A stretch of 62,608 nt of DNA, the filler included, from Hausera hauseri (Eukaryota), in NCBI GenBank assembly GCA_046269625.1. It is 11 parts of 11 records of this genome, joined end to end, with 100 filler letters (N's around TTAATTAATTAA, not from the genome) between each part and the next. Parts side by side here need not be neighbours in the genome. Positions count along the whole stretch, not along the records: positions 22,141 to 26,913 come from JBJURY010441024.1; positions 27,014 to 32,073 come from JBJURY010348490.1; positions 32,174 to 38,958 come from JBJURY010065439.1; 8 more parts are not named here. One strand, 5' to 3'. The translations under genes and the position numbers were made by a program. The notes under the pieces were generated by a model, which searched no databases, was not told the DNA's origin, and was given only the letters and a program-made list of their open reading frames with translations. Shown in pieces: positions 23,733 to 37,199 of this stretch (position 1 is its first letter; each line of letters starts with the position of its first letter).

Positions 23733-25821
23733 GTGTCAGAATATTTCAACCGTCGATTGTTGGAAATTGAAGAAGCCGTATTTTCCCATTCATTTTGTGA
23801 TTACTTCAATCTGAAGTCGTTGTTAATGATGTTGAATTCAACTCTATGTGACTTAATATTCTGCTGTGACAATGATATTTTGTCCATTATTACAAAACCA
23901 TTGGTGTTGAACATACTGCCTTTCACAGCACATTTGAAAACTGTTTCTTTCCATCTCCAACAATTTCTACCTCAGAAATTATCCACAAATAAAACGAATA
24001 TTTGGCGAGTACAGATAATCAGAAAAGATAAACGTCCTTTAAACAATTATGTCGAGAAACTTTATATTACGAACATTTCTTTATTACTCAATGAACCTGC
24101 AAACAGATTGCATAATATTGAACAATGTAAATTCGTTTGTAGCTGGGGTCCTGTATGTCTTAATAAATCTGTACAAATTTGCGATGGACAAGTAAATTGC
24201 ATAGACGATGAAGATGAGGATCATCGGCTGTGTGATAAAATTAAGAAATCGTCTTCACCATTTGAATCAATACCGGTGTCATCACCTAGCAAAACCCCTG
24301 CTTCCAGTACTTTTGACAATTACAAAATTCACAAAGTAAATGAGAATTTGTCTGATTCTATTAAACATTGCGACGATCTAGAAGAAATGTCGTTTGCGGA
24401 ATTTTTGCAAGTGGTTGAAAATAAAGAAAAATCATCAGAAGCAGATGACGAAATGAACCGAAGAATCTTGACAATTTCTCAACATACTCAATTTCTAAAC
24501 TTACGAAATTTATAAGAATTTTCTCCAGAAAATTGTTTCGCAGATCGGAAAATTTTAGTTGGATTTATACACACCAAAGGTATCCGGTCAATATTTCACC
24601 CTTGTGCCGCAGGTATGGAAAATTAAAAAGTGGCTTGAAAGAGGGAAAGAAGCAAATCCTGATTTGATACTCAACGAAAATTGGTCCGCGTATAGTGAAG
24701 ACAGTCAGTGTTCCAGACAACTGAATGAGACTCAATTGACGAACATTGTCAGGTCGAGTCCGAGTAACGAGCCTTTGGCCGTTGTGCGGCCATTTCTTGT
24801 CGATTTGCTTCGCTTCATGGATACACTTTCGGTGCGGATTGTGCTGAGGTTCGTAAACAAATTGATACGGGCGAATGGCGCGGAATTGTTGGCGGATTTA
24901 ATGGGGATTTTGAACGGTAAATGTCGGCCGATTTCAGAAGAGAATATAGTGGAATTGTCGGCGATTTGTGATGAAATTGGCTGCGTGAAATTGGAGATGA
25001 ATTCCGTGACGGGAAACAATTGCAAACATTGCCATGAAAACTTACCAACATGTCAATTGACAAAGGAAATGTGTGACAAAATGGCCGCCATTAAAGATAT
25101 CATGAAAAGTGACAACATCGACAGACTCTACGAGAAATTATTTACCGAGGAATTAATAAAATTTAAAGAATTTCTCAATCAATATTCATTAGTTTACAAT
25201 TACGTCATTGATTTCCCGAATTTGATTTTAACGCAATACAAAACTCGAATTCAAACTGATGCCAAACTTTTGAATTTTACCGTGCAGACTCTCGTTACGT
25301 TGAATAAGAATGATAAACGATTTACAAATTTTTGTTTTGTAGGGAAATATTCTCAAATTGAAATTATCACCAACCGATTTTTTTAATCGTGCACGAAATC
25401 GATTAATGAATTACAAAATGGTGAAGAATATTAATTTGCAATTGACATTTTATTTGACAAATAAGGAAACTGCTGATGATTTCTTTTTGTTGTATTTGGC
25501 ATTGAAACGTGGACCAGAATGTGCCCATAGCGCACCTGAATTCGGCGTTGTTGAGAAGCGGAAATGGTTAGAAAACTACGATAACTTACCAAAAATACAA
25601 GATACAATCTGCTAGAATCGTGGACAGGTCTCTACGATTTTGTAGCTAATAATGATTCCACGAGTAAAACAGTGTTTTCCATATTCAAAGATTGGAATCA
25701 CAGGAAAGATCTTATAACGTACCTTGTAAGTACACCTATTGAATCACTACTGGCAAAAAACGAACCGAAATATCATCTGTATATCGCCACACAAAGTTCC
25801 CAGACAAACAATATGAAGTAA
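23733..25821 (+). pseudogene. Intronless decayed ORF (~690 codons) containing one LDL-receptor class A module
   Basis: CKFVCSWGPVCLNKSVQICDGQVNCIDDEDEDHRLC near 24126-24233. Consecutive ORFs 23733-24515, 24559-25386 and 25358-25615 look frameshift-linked. Confidence 0.55.
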
Positions 25822-26406
25822 ATAACGCTAGGAGCAAATCGCGTTACAGACCCGACTTGTATTTGACAGCTCGAGGCAATTCTGCGGATAACAATTTAGC
25901 TAAAGCAAAAGATGAACGGCAAAAATGTCAACGACATTCGCATACTGACTTCGAACGAATAAATACAATGATCCCAGACTCTACAAACACTCTGGACTTA
26001 GGATTTAAAAAAAGGTCGGATAATTTATTGCTTTTCTACTTTGTTAAACCTTTTCAAATAATACCAACCAGAGTTCCCCAATTACTACATTAAATAATCT
26101 CCAGTACAGTTAGTACAAATAAGTATTACAAATTCAGTTGTTTATTAATTGAGCCTATAAACAAGGTACTGAAACCTAAAAGGCTATTTGCCAACATACG
26201 AACAAGGGGAAGTGACTTATCGTTTTCCGAACCAACTGATCAAATGCCCAGGATAATATCCAGATCTAATGTCCCAGAAGCCATCCTAATTGGGCAGATC
26301 TACCATTACAATATATGGATATTTGGCGCGGTCGTGTTCCGGGTGACATTCTATACCCACGAAATGGCACATACCTTCTCCATTCCTCTTTCCTTGCAAA
26401 ATAATT

Positions 26407-26913
26407 ATGTCTTCCTCTATCTATCTTTTCTTCCCAAACATACATATTCACACACACCGCACACACACCAAATCTCAATTAAATGACCCTCAATTATTTA
26501 ATCTGTCTGAATGTACCAAATCTTTAACATATGAAAGCTTATCCAAAGAATTGATTACCTTATATTTCGACAATATTCCAAAATTTCTCCAGTCTTGTTA
26601 CAATGCCGATTATAAATCATTGCAGCACAAAGCAGTGATCTTCTCGGTCAGACAAACAAGTCATTACAATTCAGATACTTTGGGTACGCCTGTGTTTTAC
26701 ACACCACGCTGCATACCCGACTTCTCTAATAAATTTGTTTCACTAACACTGCTATTTGAAGACGGACATACCCAAACTTACTATATTTATAAATTAACAA
26801 CAGTCGCCAAATTTTCGTGCATACTACAGCTGCAAACATCTTTAACTAACTTCCGTCTCAGTTTTAACGGACTATTCCTTCAACAATCAGACGTAATAAC
26901 TAGTTTCACTCAT
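26407..26913 (+). CDS. ORF ending in a ubiquitin-like (beta-grasp) domain, cut by contig end; probable retroelement leader
   Basis: VSLTLLFEDGHTQTYYIYKLTTVAKF..ILQ..FRLSFNGLFLQQSDVITSF (26731-26913). Confidence 0.55.
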
Positions 26914-27013
26914 NNNNNNNNNNNNNNNNNNNNNNNNNNNNNNNNNNNNNNNNNNNNTTAATTAATTAANNNNNNNNNNNNNNNNNNNNNNNNNNNNNNN
27001 NNNNNNNNNNNNN

Positions 27014-27743
27014 AATCACGGAGCCGTCTTTGGATAATATTATCCACAAGTATTTTTATAATAACACTATGGGAAATTTAAAAATTTCTGAGTTTCTTCA
27101 GACCGCATTAACTCAGTTGAGCACTTTTGGTGTCAACCAGGCGAATAACGTGGATTTACTACGCAGATACTTTCTGCAGTCTCTACCAAGAGATATTCGT
27201 GCACTTCTAACAATATTTGAGAATACAAAGGCACTACAAAAGCTGGTACAATTAGCTGATAAAAGTCACAAAATACTACATTTACAATCACCGCCATTAG
27301 TCGCCGCTACGCTACAAACGTCAGCGACACAACAGATTAACGGATTATCAAATTTCAACAAGCAAATAAATTCTTTACGTACCGGAAACGCCAAAACATG
27401 TCAGACAATTTCATTACTCACGTCAAAAATAGATGCCCTGACCATGCCGAGGCGGAATCGTTTTGATGCGGGCCATAGCTGCGCTTCGTCTCAAAATTCG
27501 CCTGCGCGACCAATGGTGTGTTACTATCACACCAAATTCAAAAATAATATTAATAAATGCTTTATAGGATGTAGGTTTCATGCGCCTAGTTTCAGACGAC
27601 CTGTAATCGTCAGTATATATCATAACAAATTTAACACCAAAGCGCGCAACTGCATTGCCGGTTGCACCTTCGTCGGCCGTTCCAATTCCTCACGGCCTAC
27701 TCCTTCCAACAACTTAAATCTTGTACTTCCAAAAAGCGGATAA
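27014..27743 (+). CDS. gag: Gag (partial)
   Basis: LLRRYFLQSLP..IRALL..LVQLADK plus two CHCC-type knuckles; homologous to 49260-50414. Confidence 0.85.
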
Positions 27744-27799
27744 AGCCGCCAGATGTTTTGGCGCATGCTGGCACAAGCAAATATCTCCACCGTAACAGC

Positions 27800-30430
27800 C
27801 GTACTTATGCCGTATTTATTCTAAACGTTTTAATAATAACTAAGTCCACTCAATCGATTAATTTTTTAATCGACTCTGGAGCAGCAGTCTCTCTTCTGCC
27901 TCTCTCTACCAAAATTAAAACTTTCCCAATCAGCCTAGAAATTATATACAGCTAATGGTCAAGCATTACGTGTGTATGGCACGTCCAAAATTTCGTTCAT
28001 GTTACAGCCTTTTCCTGACATTTTTACCTGGACCTTCACCGTAGCCGACACACAGTCATCAATACTTGGCTCCGATTTTTTATCTTTCTACAACCTCCTA
28101 GTAGACTGTAGACACAGTAGATTAGTTAGAAACAATCAAGTAAATGCAACGTATACAGATAATTCTTTATCGGTTGCACAGCCTGTCTCATTTGTCAGAC
28201 CTATACTAAAAACGTCATTACCTAATTTAAATGAAAATATGAATTTTAACACTACTGATTTTGATAATTTCATATTTCCGTCGAATGGTGACAAAGTAGA
28301 AAACGTTGATAAAGACGATTTAGACAGTTCAATATCCACCATATTTAGTTCTGCCATTGATCAACAATCTAATTTACTAACCACACCGTTTGCCTCATTA
28401 AGTCAAGAAATTCAGCAATACATAACTAAGTCCTGTTCCCACACGATCACAAAGGACCCAACTTTTAGACCAACTAGCTCGACATTCCATCACATCATCA
28501 CCGAGAATCCTCAGCCAAACAGGCAAAAGCTCAGGTCACTATTACTACGCCGTCGACAAGCGGTCCAATCTGAATTCACGTTACTTGAACAAGCAGGAAT
28601 AATCCACCGTTCAAAGTCATCTTGGGCTTCACCACTTCACGTGGTACCCAAAAAGATAGTACATTCAAACGATGCGGCGATTATCGTCAACTTAATAATG
28701 TTACTATCATGGATGCTTGTCCTTTACCTTTGATAAAAGACATCTTACATTCGTTGCATAAAACTACAATCTAAATCACTATAGACCTAAAAAAGCTTAC
28801 CACCAAATACCAGTAGCGCCTGAAGACACCCAAAAACGGCGATAATAACACCACTTGGCCTCTTCGAATACGCCTTCATGCCGTTTGGCTTAAAGAACGT
28901 AGCCCAAACTTTTCAACGGCATATCGATTCTATCCTTTCAGGCCTACCATTCAACGATATACTGGTAGAATCATCTTCACATAAGCAACACGCTGAACAC
29001 CTCAAACTTGTTTTTTAACGCCTGCACAACAACAAATTACAGGTTAACTTCACAAAATGCACATTCTTTCAAAAGAAAGTCAACTTCCTAGGCCACATCA
29101 TAACGCCTGACGGTCACAGTCCTCAGACTGATAGAATTCACCAATTACAAAATATCGAACTGCCAAAAACTACAACTGATATGCATAGCTTTCTCGGGAT
29201 TTTGAATTTCGTTCATTAGTATGTCCCACACTGCAGCCAGTTAACTGCTCCTTCCTCTCAACTAGGAGCAGGACCAAAGAAGAAACCTTTATATTGGACA
29301 CCAGAACTTTTAAACCAGTTTTATGAGCTCCGCAATAATCTTAAAACTGTTGAAATCTTGGCTTATCCAAAACTTGATGCCGATCTCATCCTTACAACCG
29401 ACGCATCAACCACAGCCGTTGGAGCGGTTCTCCATCAAATATCTTAAGGACTAAATGAATCACATTCTCTTTAACAAACAGCATTCACCCATATTTATTC
29501 GTTGCATCACCCAGGTTCGAAGGCTACATTCTGCCTACTCAAATGTCACGTCACATGGCCATCAATGAGATCCGACGTAGAGGGTTAGGTTAGGCAATGT
29601 ATGGCTTGCCAAAAATTTAAAGTAGCTAAGCATCTTAAGCCACCATTATTCCATTTCCCATATACGTTCCGCTTTGAATCAGTTCACCTAGATATTGGCC
29701 ACCAGTTCGTCTTAATAATGATAGACCGCGTATATCGTTGGCCCGAGGCTGTTCCCTTGCGCTCCATCAACACTGACTTCATCGCCGATGCCTTTATAAT
29801 GGTTTGAATTAGTTGGTTCGGTTCACCACACTATATTATCACATATCAAGGCCTCCAGTTTGAATCGAACCATTTCAAATCCTTAGTTAATCGGCTGAGC
29901 ATAAACAATATTCATACTACTCCATACCACCCACGGTCGAACGGCTTATTGGAGCGACTTCACCGAACTCTTAAAATTTCCCTAAAAATGCTAGCCAAAA
30001 CACATACGAACTGGACTACCATCCTTCCATTCATATTACTCGGGTTGCGCAACACACCATATACCACCACCGGTTGCGCACCCGCTGAAGCACTCTTCAC
30101 CACCATAATTCGTCTACTTTTTGAACTGACCGATTTAGACAACACACCGACTGATAAAACAATTAGGCCCGCACAATATCATTTTGTCCGGCTAAGTCAA
30201 GAGTCTTTCTGTAAAATAATACACCGGGACAAAACATATTTACCTGACTCACTCTTTAATGCAAAGTTTGTGTGGTTAAAAAATCCGTCACAATCTGTAT
30301 TTTAACCGCAGTATTTGGAACCGTTTAAAGTTCTCACCATTACTTCACACACAATTTCAATACTCAAAAACGGCAAAGAACAAAACGTGAACATAACGAA
30401 CGTAAAACCTGCGATCTTTGTTAGTGACAC
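27800..30430 (+). pseudogene. pol: Pol (PR-RT-partial RH-IN), multiple stops and shifts
   Basis: Motifs as listed for the element; internal deletion near 29450-29480. Confidence 0.88.
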
Positions 30431-30893
30431 ACCGGATTCCTTGGCTGAGTCTGACCAACCATTCTTGACTCCTTCAATTCTTGCAATCTGCCTACACTTC
30501 AACATGCTACCCTAAAATCCGCAGAAACTCATAGAAATACTAAATGACATACCGACCAGTTTTAAACTTGCTCACATGTCAAATCAAGACATAACTTTAC
30601 CCAAACCATATCAGGAGGCAGTTAAACAGCACGTCAAACAAAGCAAGACAGTTACCTTCAGTAAATGTAGTAGGGCACAAAATATCAATAAGGTTCAACG
30701 TCTAGTTTATACAAAAACTGAGTAGATCACAGACATTGTTATTTCTTCTTGCAGTTTTCCATTTCTACTTTTTTGCTTTACGTAATGCCATCTTTGCCAC
30801 GGGGAGAGGGGTAATGTGGTGCCGCGGCTGCAGGCGTTGCCACAATCCCGGAAAAACATTGCACGTCTTGAATAGCGTTATGGCATTTTTTTT

Positions 30894-31295
30894 TTGGATT
30901 TTTTAACCAGTGAACTTTGTGAAAGATGCAAAGAAATTTCTGGTGGAGCAATATATGCCCAGGAGTTAAAATCTCATGGAACTCATAATCTCCACATTAG
31001 TAAAGCTCAAATTTCCAAACTAGCACCAAATTTTGAAAGAACGTTTAAAGATATCAAATTATCGGATTTTAAAGGCAGCTATTTGGTTTTCTTTTCTTTC
31101 CATTGGATTTCACATTTGTCTGTCCAACAGAAATTGTTGCATTCAGTGATCGAATTAAACAATTTGAAGCTATCGATACGAAAATTGTTGCCTGTTCTGT
31201 TGATTCCCAATTTACTCATTTGGCATGGTTAAATACACCGAAAAATCAAGGATGTCTGGGCAATATCAATTATCCGCTGTTGTCGGATTTCTTAT
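30894..31295 (+). pseudogene. PRDX4: 2-Cys peroxiredoxin (PRDX4-like) fragment, frameshifted and truncated
   Basis: [61 protein letters not shown]. Confidence 0.8.
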
Positions 31296-32173
31296 TGGCA
31301 ATAAAGTTAGCCATCACATTTGTTATAAGTGCCGTCGTTGCGGATTGGGTAGTTCACGCTCCTCCTTTTTCTTTCTTTTGTTTAACTGAGCTAAATGACA
31401 ATAATAAAATGATTTTGTAATTTGATTAAAAAACAACATTTAGCCATATTGTCAGTTTAATAAATTTATACCTTTCATTCCTAGTTTAACTTTCATTCGA
31501 TTATTTTGATTTTGGGAATTAAATGTTGAACTATCAGGATCATATTTACGTTCGGGAGTTTCGTTTATCCGCGAATTAAATGAAGTTTAATTGATGCTGA
31601 AGCTTTCGGTTATTATGCTCAAGTGTAGGCACCAAAAAACGCTAGTTATGGATTTTATATTTAAACACACTAACGCAACTAAGGTGAAACATGGAAGTTT
31701 TATCCCTCGGAAACGACACTATCAATTTGTGTAATATTTATTGAATAACATAGCCATGTTCTCATATAGTTGCATGACTCAAAAGGAACAGCACCTTACC
31801 TGCAAGTCAGGAGTTTATCAAGTTTAACATGAAAATAATTGTTGCAAAAGAAGCCACGATTAAGTAATACGGGCTTCTGAATGTTGTCATTTTGAATTTC
31901 TTCAATTTCCCCTTTAAACATGCAGAAGAATTTTGTGAATTGACGAAACTTTTGCCATATTTTTAACCACCAATATTTGGCAAATTCTGTTTTGACGTTT
32001 TGTCGACCTAATAAATATCCATCTAATATTTGACTAATTGTGTTTTGTTGATGTTTTGTCGACCTAATAAATANNNNNNNNNNNNNNNNNNNNNNNNNNN
32101 NNNNNNNNNNNNNNNNNTTAATTAATTAANNNNNNNNNNNNNNNNNNNNNNNNNNNNNNNNNNNNNNNNNNNN

Positions 32174-35100
32174 ACCGTATATGGCGTCATTCCTAAGTCT
32201 GTGGGTAACACAGCTTCGCGTCCATACATAATAAACAATGGCGTAACTCCTGTTGCCGAATGTGGAGTGGTATTGATCGCAAATTTCGTTCCTTCTAAAA
32301 ATTTGTCCCAATCCTTTTGGTTCTTGGTTACTACTGTCGATTGTATGCGTATGACAGTTGCATTCATTCGCTCAATTATTTCATTACATTGTGGATGGCA
32401 TGCGGTGGTAGTTAACTACTCGATCTCAAATATTTTAGTAATTTTCTCAAATATTTCACTTGTGAAATTTCTTTTCCGATCTGTCAGTATTTGATCTGGA
32501 GGTCCATATCTACAAATAATTCTTCTTACTACAGCCTCTGCTAAAGTTTCTGCCTTTTGGTTAGTCAAAGCTACTAACTCGACAAAATGAGTTAGTCCAT
32601 TAATACAGGTTAAGATATATTTAGTATTCTGATGAGTCGTAGGGAGTGGTCCTACGATATCCATTGACATGGCCTGCATGGGTCTATCCGGTATGCTGAT
32701 TGGTTTCAGTTCCGCCATGTAATTTTTCGTCGTCTTCTATTTTGTCGCATATATTTTACAAGCACTAAACAAATTCTTTACATCAATGTAGATACTGTGT
32801 CAAAAGTATTTATTTAATATTCTTTCCTATGTCTTTTTCCATGACATGTGTCCTGCTAAATATGAGTCATGTCCGGCCATCAAAACCTCGGTTCACAACC
32901 CCCCTGGGATAACTACCAGCTTTCTTCCTTTTCGTTCGTAATATAGAATATCGTTACTGCTCTTATCGTTTAAGACACAGTATCTATGCCTGTGCCTCTG
33001 TAAATGTTTTTATAGTTGTCGTCCTTTTGGTATGATATCCCTTTTGGCAAATTCTATAATCTGCTGAATGATTTTATCCTTTTTCTGTTCCATTGAAATT
33101 TTGATTGCTTTGCCCAATGTTAAGGCGCGTTGGCGGTCTACTAATTCTTCGAGATGAGTCTTCATTGCAGTGATTGCATTTGTCTTAGTTTTCAATCTTG
33201 ATAGTGTGCCAGTATCTACGTGCTTATTTCCAGGCTTATACCGAAATTCGATATTATATTGAGAGATTTCAATCCATCGATTGAGTCTACATGCTGGGTT
33301 GTTTGCTCGTCCTTTCAAGGTCATGACTGCCTTATGATCGGTAACAGTTATAATTTTCTGACCGTAAACATAGACATTTAAGTGTCGTAGTGCTTCTTTT
33401 AAAGCTAATGTTTCTAACTCCGTAACGGAATAATTTTTCTCGGCTTTCTTCAACGAACATCCTCCATATGCAATTGGATGTTCGTTTTTCATTATTTCTG
33501 GTCTTAGTGAATATGAGGAAGGATACCATTTTGGCATCTGATCTTCGCGATCAATTTCCTCATTTTATCCTGACTTTTATTAAGCGGAGTAGTTAATCTT
33601 AGAGCCTTGGCTCTACCAATATCTTCGTCCTTCGTAACGATTGATTTATAGCGGCATAGCAGTTCATAAAAACAACAATAAGATTTGGGTGAAAATTTAG
33701 TTTCAACATGAAGCGGAAATTCGGCACATTTATAATATTTTTCTTCAATGGTTATTGGGGATACTTTATTTGTATGTCGTAGAGTAGTATTGGCGTGTTA
33801 TTTAACTGGAGTTGGCGCATTATTAACTGATCTGATTGGTACACGACTTGTCGTTACTCGGGTTAGTACATTACTGAATACGACATTTGGATTCAACGTT
33901 TCTTTTGCTTCAAAATATAGCCGTTGATCATTATGTCCAATTTATGCATAATGTAGCATTTCTATTCTTGGTGGAATATTTTCATCCACCTGAATGCATA
34001 CTTCTCCGGGTTTTTCTATCTTTCGTAATTTTTACTCCTCTTATTGGTTTAAGTTCTATCAATTTACCTGCATGCAAATCTACTGCCACAATCGTTAGTT
34101 CTCTTAATAAGTACATCCCAACACTACGTCATCTGTTAATTCCTTTATAGTTGCAAATTCATGGTGGAAAGATTGTCCCACAATGTGAACTTTAGGATTC
34201 CATTTAAACATTGGTCTCCGCGTCTGTCCCAAAGCTCCCATACTTCCAGGATCTTTCATTAACGGTGGATGTAATTTCCTCGCAACATCTGCGGTATTGA
34301 ATCATTTATGATATATGAAAGTTCAAAACCCGTATCGATTAAGGCAAACATCCCAGTCTTCGATACTGATTTTGACGAAGGGTGTTCTTTCTATTACGGT
34401 TCCTTAACAATTTGATGCAATTTTGGGACGTTTAAACGTTGATATTTTGTGGCAATTTATTCTGATTTCTGAAGGTTACTGCTTTCAGTCAGTTGTCTCA
34501 GTTCTCCATTTCGGTATAATTCATTGTTTTCGATGTTTGAATCTTCTGCTTCGTGAATACTTATTAGCGGTTCTCGATTATTTGAGTGCGTTTCTATATT
34601 TCGAAACGTTTGCATATTTTGATTTTCCCAGACTGTTCATCTAGTTTTTATAATTCGAGGTACTCTTGGAGAATATAATATTCTATGATGATCCACTGAC
34701 GTTCGGCGGTGAGACGCAGAATTTTCTCTTTTCTCGTGCATTTTCCCTAAAACTCCATGTTTTATTCGTTCGAAAGGATCTTCAAAACGAAATGATTTTC
34801 TATAGACTTTTGTCTTCTACGAACTCATCGACTATTTGTCACAATCTTCAGACTGGTGCTGTCGCATGTAACATGGGCAGCGGTGCCTTTATGACAGAAT
34901 ACGTCTTGTTCCTATTTACTTTGGAAACGATTTCTCCGTTAGGCTCGTCATCATCCGAATTATTTTTCCGCATTTTCTGCTTATGGAATTTTCGGCCATA
35001 CAAAAATATAGGTTTTCTTCGTCGTTTACGATTATGATAGATGGAATGTCGCTTTACGTCCGTTTTTCACCTGTTTTTTTCATAAGCTTTTAAAATTTTT

Positions 35101-37160
35101 CCCGTCGATGTTATAATTGCAGTTAGAATTTTACATGAAAATCCAGTTAACGTGAATATCTCGTATCCATTTATTACTGCTCAAGTTACGGTCTTGATTA
35201 ACCGCACTAAGTATATCGATAAAAATCGAGATGTGGCTTGTCCAAAAATTAAAAATCTTTCCCAAATTTTATATAGTATTTCAGTGGTTACTCGTTGATA
35301 GTTGTTCGCATCGAGTAACGATTCCAATTTTGCTTGGTAGCGAGTGTCGTCTACTACTGCGGCTATAGCTCGATTTAATTCGTGTTCGCTGGCGTGGAAA
35401 ACAGAGAAATTGCCTGAAAACTTCAACTTCTTTCGGCCTGTAAATACCTTTCGATGAGGTACCCAGGAATTTATAATCCGTTATTCCTCTCTGGAGATTA
35501 GTTCCCGTTAACGTGATTGGAGCGGCAGTAATGTCTCCATTTGGCAAACTTATCCAGTGGGTTTTACTACGTCTAAACATTGGTTCTCCTAAATTTACCT
35601 TACATTCTTTTAGGATTGTCGGTTGAGTTGCATTATCTAATAATACTCTAGTAAGTGGCATAGCTAACCGAGGGGTGTTTTTGGTATAAAACTGGGAGTT
35701 CTTGTGTGCATAGTTTTTCTTCAACATTAATCGGAACATCTCTTTTTTTCGCATTCATAGGTTAATAAGACTTCTCCGGTGACTCAGCCGAAAATTCCTT
35801 CGCTCATTGGGATTATCGGTGATGCTAATTTAGGGTTGGCATAAATAAGAGCCAATTTTGTTTCCATGTGTTATTTACAATCGTTCGTTATCAATTTTTG
35901 ATATAGTTTGGCTATTCTAACTTGTCCCTTGTAGTAGAAATAATTGTGTCTATTCTTGAGATAGTCTTCAATTTGGATGTCTTGCATTTGTATATTGTAG
36001 GTTAGTGCATTTATTTTCGTTTGTGCGACGAAAAATGCTTCATAATTCGTGTCAAACATCATTACTTCGCAGCGGGGTTAGAGGGTCATGAGGATCAGAG
36101 ATTAGTATGGTCGGTGTAGTGTTCTGCTACATCTTCGCCTGTCCTTGTATTGGTATAAAGCTTATTTACATATCGTTTACCGGTAGTCTCAATGAATTTT
36201 AATTTCATGATTTTAATGAAATTGCAGTTTCTTCCAGGTAGAGGTTCCCATATTATAACTGAGCTTCTAAATGTAAAAGCTCCATTCTGTAGGTGACATT
36301 TTTAGTTTTCGCTATACAATTTGGTAACGTTATGAAACATCAATTTCTGAGCTCGCAATTTGGTTTCAGAAATCTGCAATTACCACGTTTGCTTCTATTC
36401 TTTTGCCGGTGTCATACTCTTCACTATTACAGTTACCATTATGCACGTCTAGTTTTCCGACTGCTACTTTAAATGCCCTGATAATTTTATCTTATTGTAT
36501 TTCAAGTTCCATGTCATCCCACTGTAGTCTACCTGTTTCTTTGGCCTGTTTACAATGCTGGCGTTCCAGGATCATTCGGATTGGTGACGTGGTTGGTTAT
36601 ATTATCGATTAGTGTCCTTGTATTAGTACACAGTAGAAAACACTAAGGGATCATCGCAACATACATTTAATTCCATCCTGTAATATTAATTCTCGTTGTG
36701 GGCACAAGAAGTAATTTTTTTCTATCTCTAAGTTGTGCGGTCTGGCATCTTCACACATCTGCAGGTCCATTAGAGAGTATTTCTGACCGAGTTTAAATTG
36801 GTCGCAGTCATAGAATGTGACAGGACCTATCGGTTTTATTAACATCATCAGGATGAGCAAATTAATTAGACAATTAGATTTGATTCTCCGATTATTATTG
36901 GTTGACGTCAGATTTCATATTATATCTTCGAGTCTTATTAATACCGGTGGATAGTTTATCTTCCTTCTTTTCGAACAATTTTGACCAATGTATTTCCCAA
37001 GGCAATTTCTTTGCAGCTTTCCATGCTAAACTCGTGGCTTTGATGAATTTATTTTTTCGATGTGGGTTTGTCCTGATAGCTAAGTATTGCAATACTTTCG
37101 GTAATTCTTCTACTGTATATTTTACCATGATTTTCTCATTGACTTTCGTTGGTTAGGATG
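32174..37160 (-). mobile_element. Glycoprotein-bearing Gypsy element, copy 2 (RT deleted)
   Basis: Colinear with 39806-45740: helical domain, VTFYDC glycoprotein, TM, ALIDTG protease, RNaseH C-half, integrase SMDIVGPLP/ILTD. Confidence 0.9.
35030..36860 (-). pseudogene. Chuvirus-like class III fusion glycoprotein, copy 2
   Basis: PVTFYDC....GQKYSLMDLQMC, YYKGQV.I..LY, PRLAMPLTRVL, IWERFLIFGQ TM. Confidence 0.75.
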
Positions 37161-37199
37161 CTGTTTGAGTATGGGTAAAATGTACCTTCGGTCCCATCC

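Larger units (their letters stand above)
27014..30844 (+). mobile_element. Ty3/Gypsy LTR retrotransposon (CsRn1-like), decayed
   Basis: Gag with duplicated CYYH..F.....C...C knuckle, protease FLIDSGA, RT SSWASPLHVV/MPFGLKN, partial RNaseH LTTDAS, integrase ERLHRTLK, PPT GGGGAGAGGGG (30801-30811), then TGT LTR start. Confidence 0.92.

Noticed and set aside
31990-32073. Direct repeat TTTTGTCGACCTAATAAATA (two copies)
   Set aside because: Only two copies at a contig end; too little to classify.
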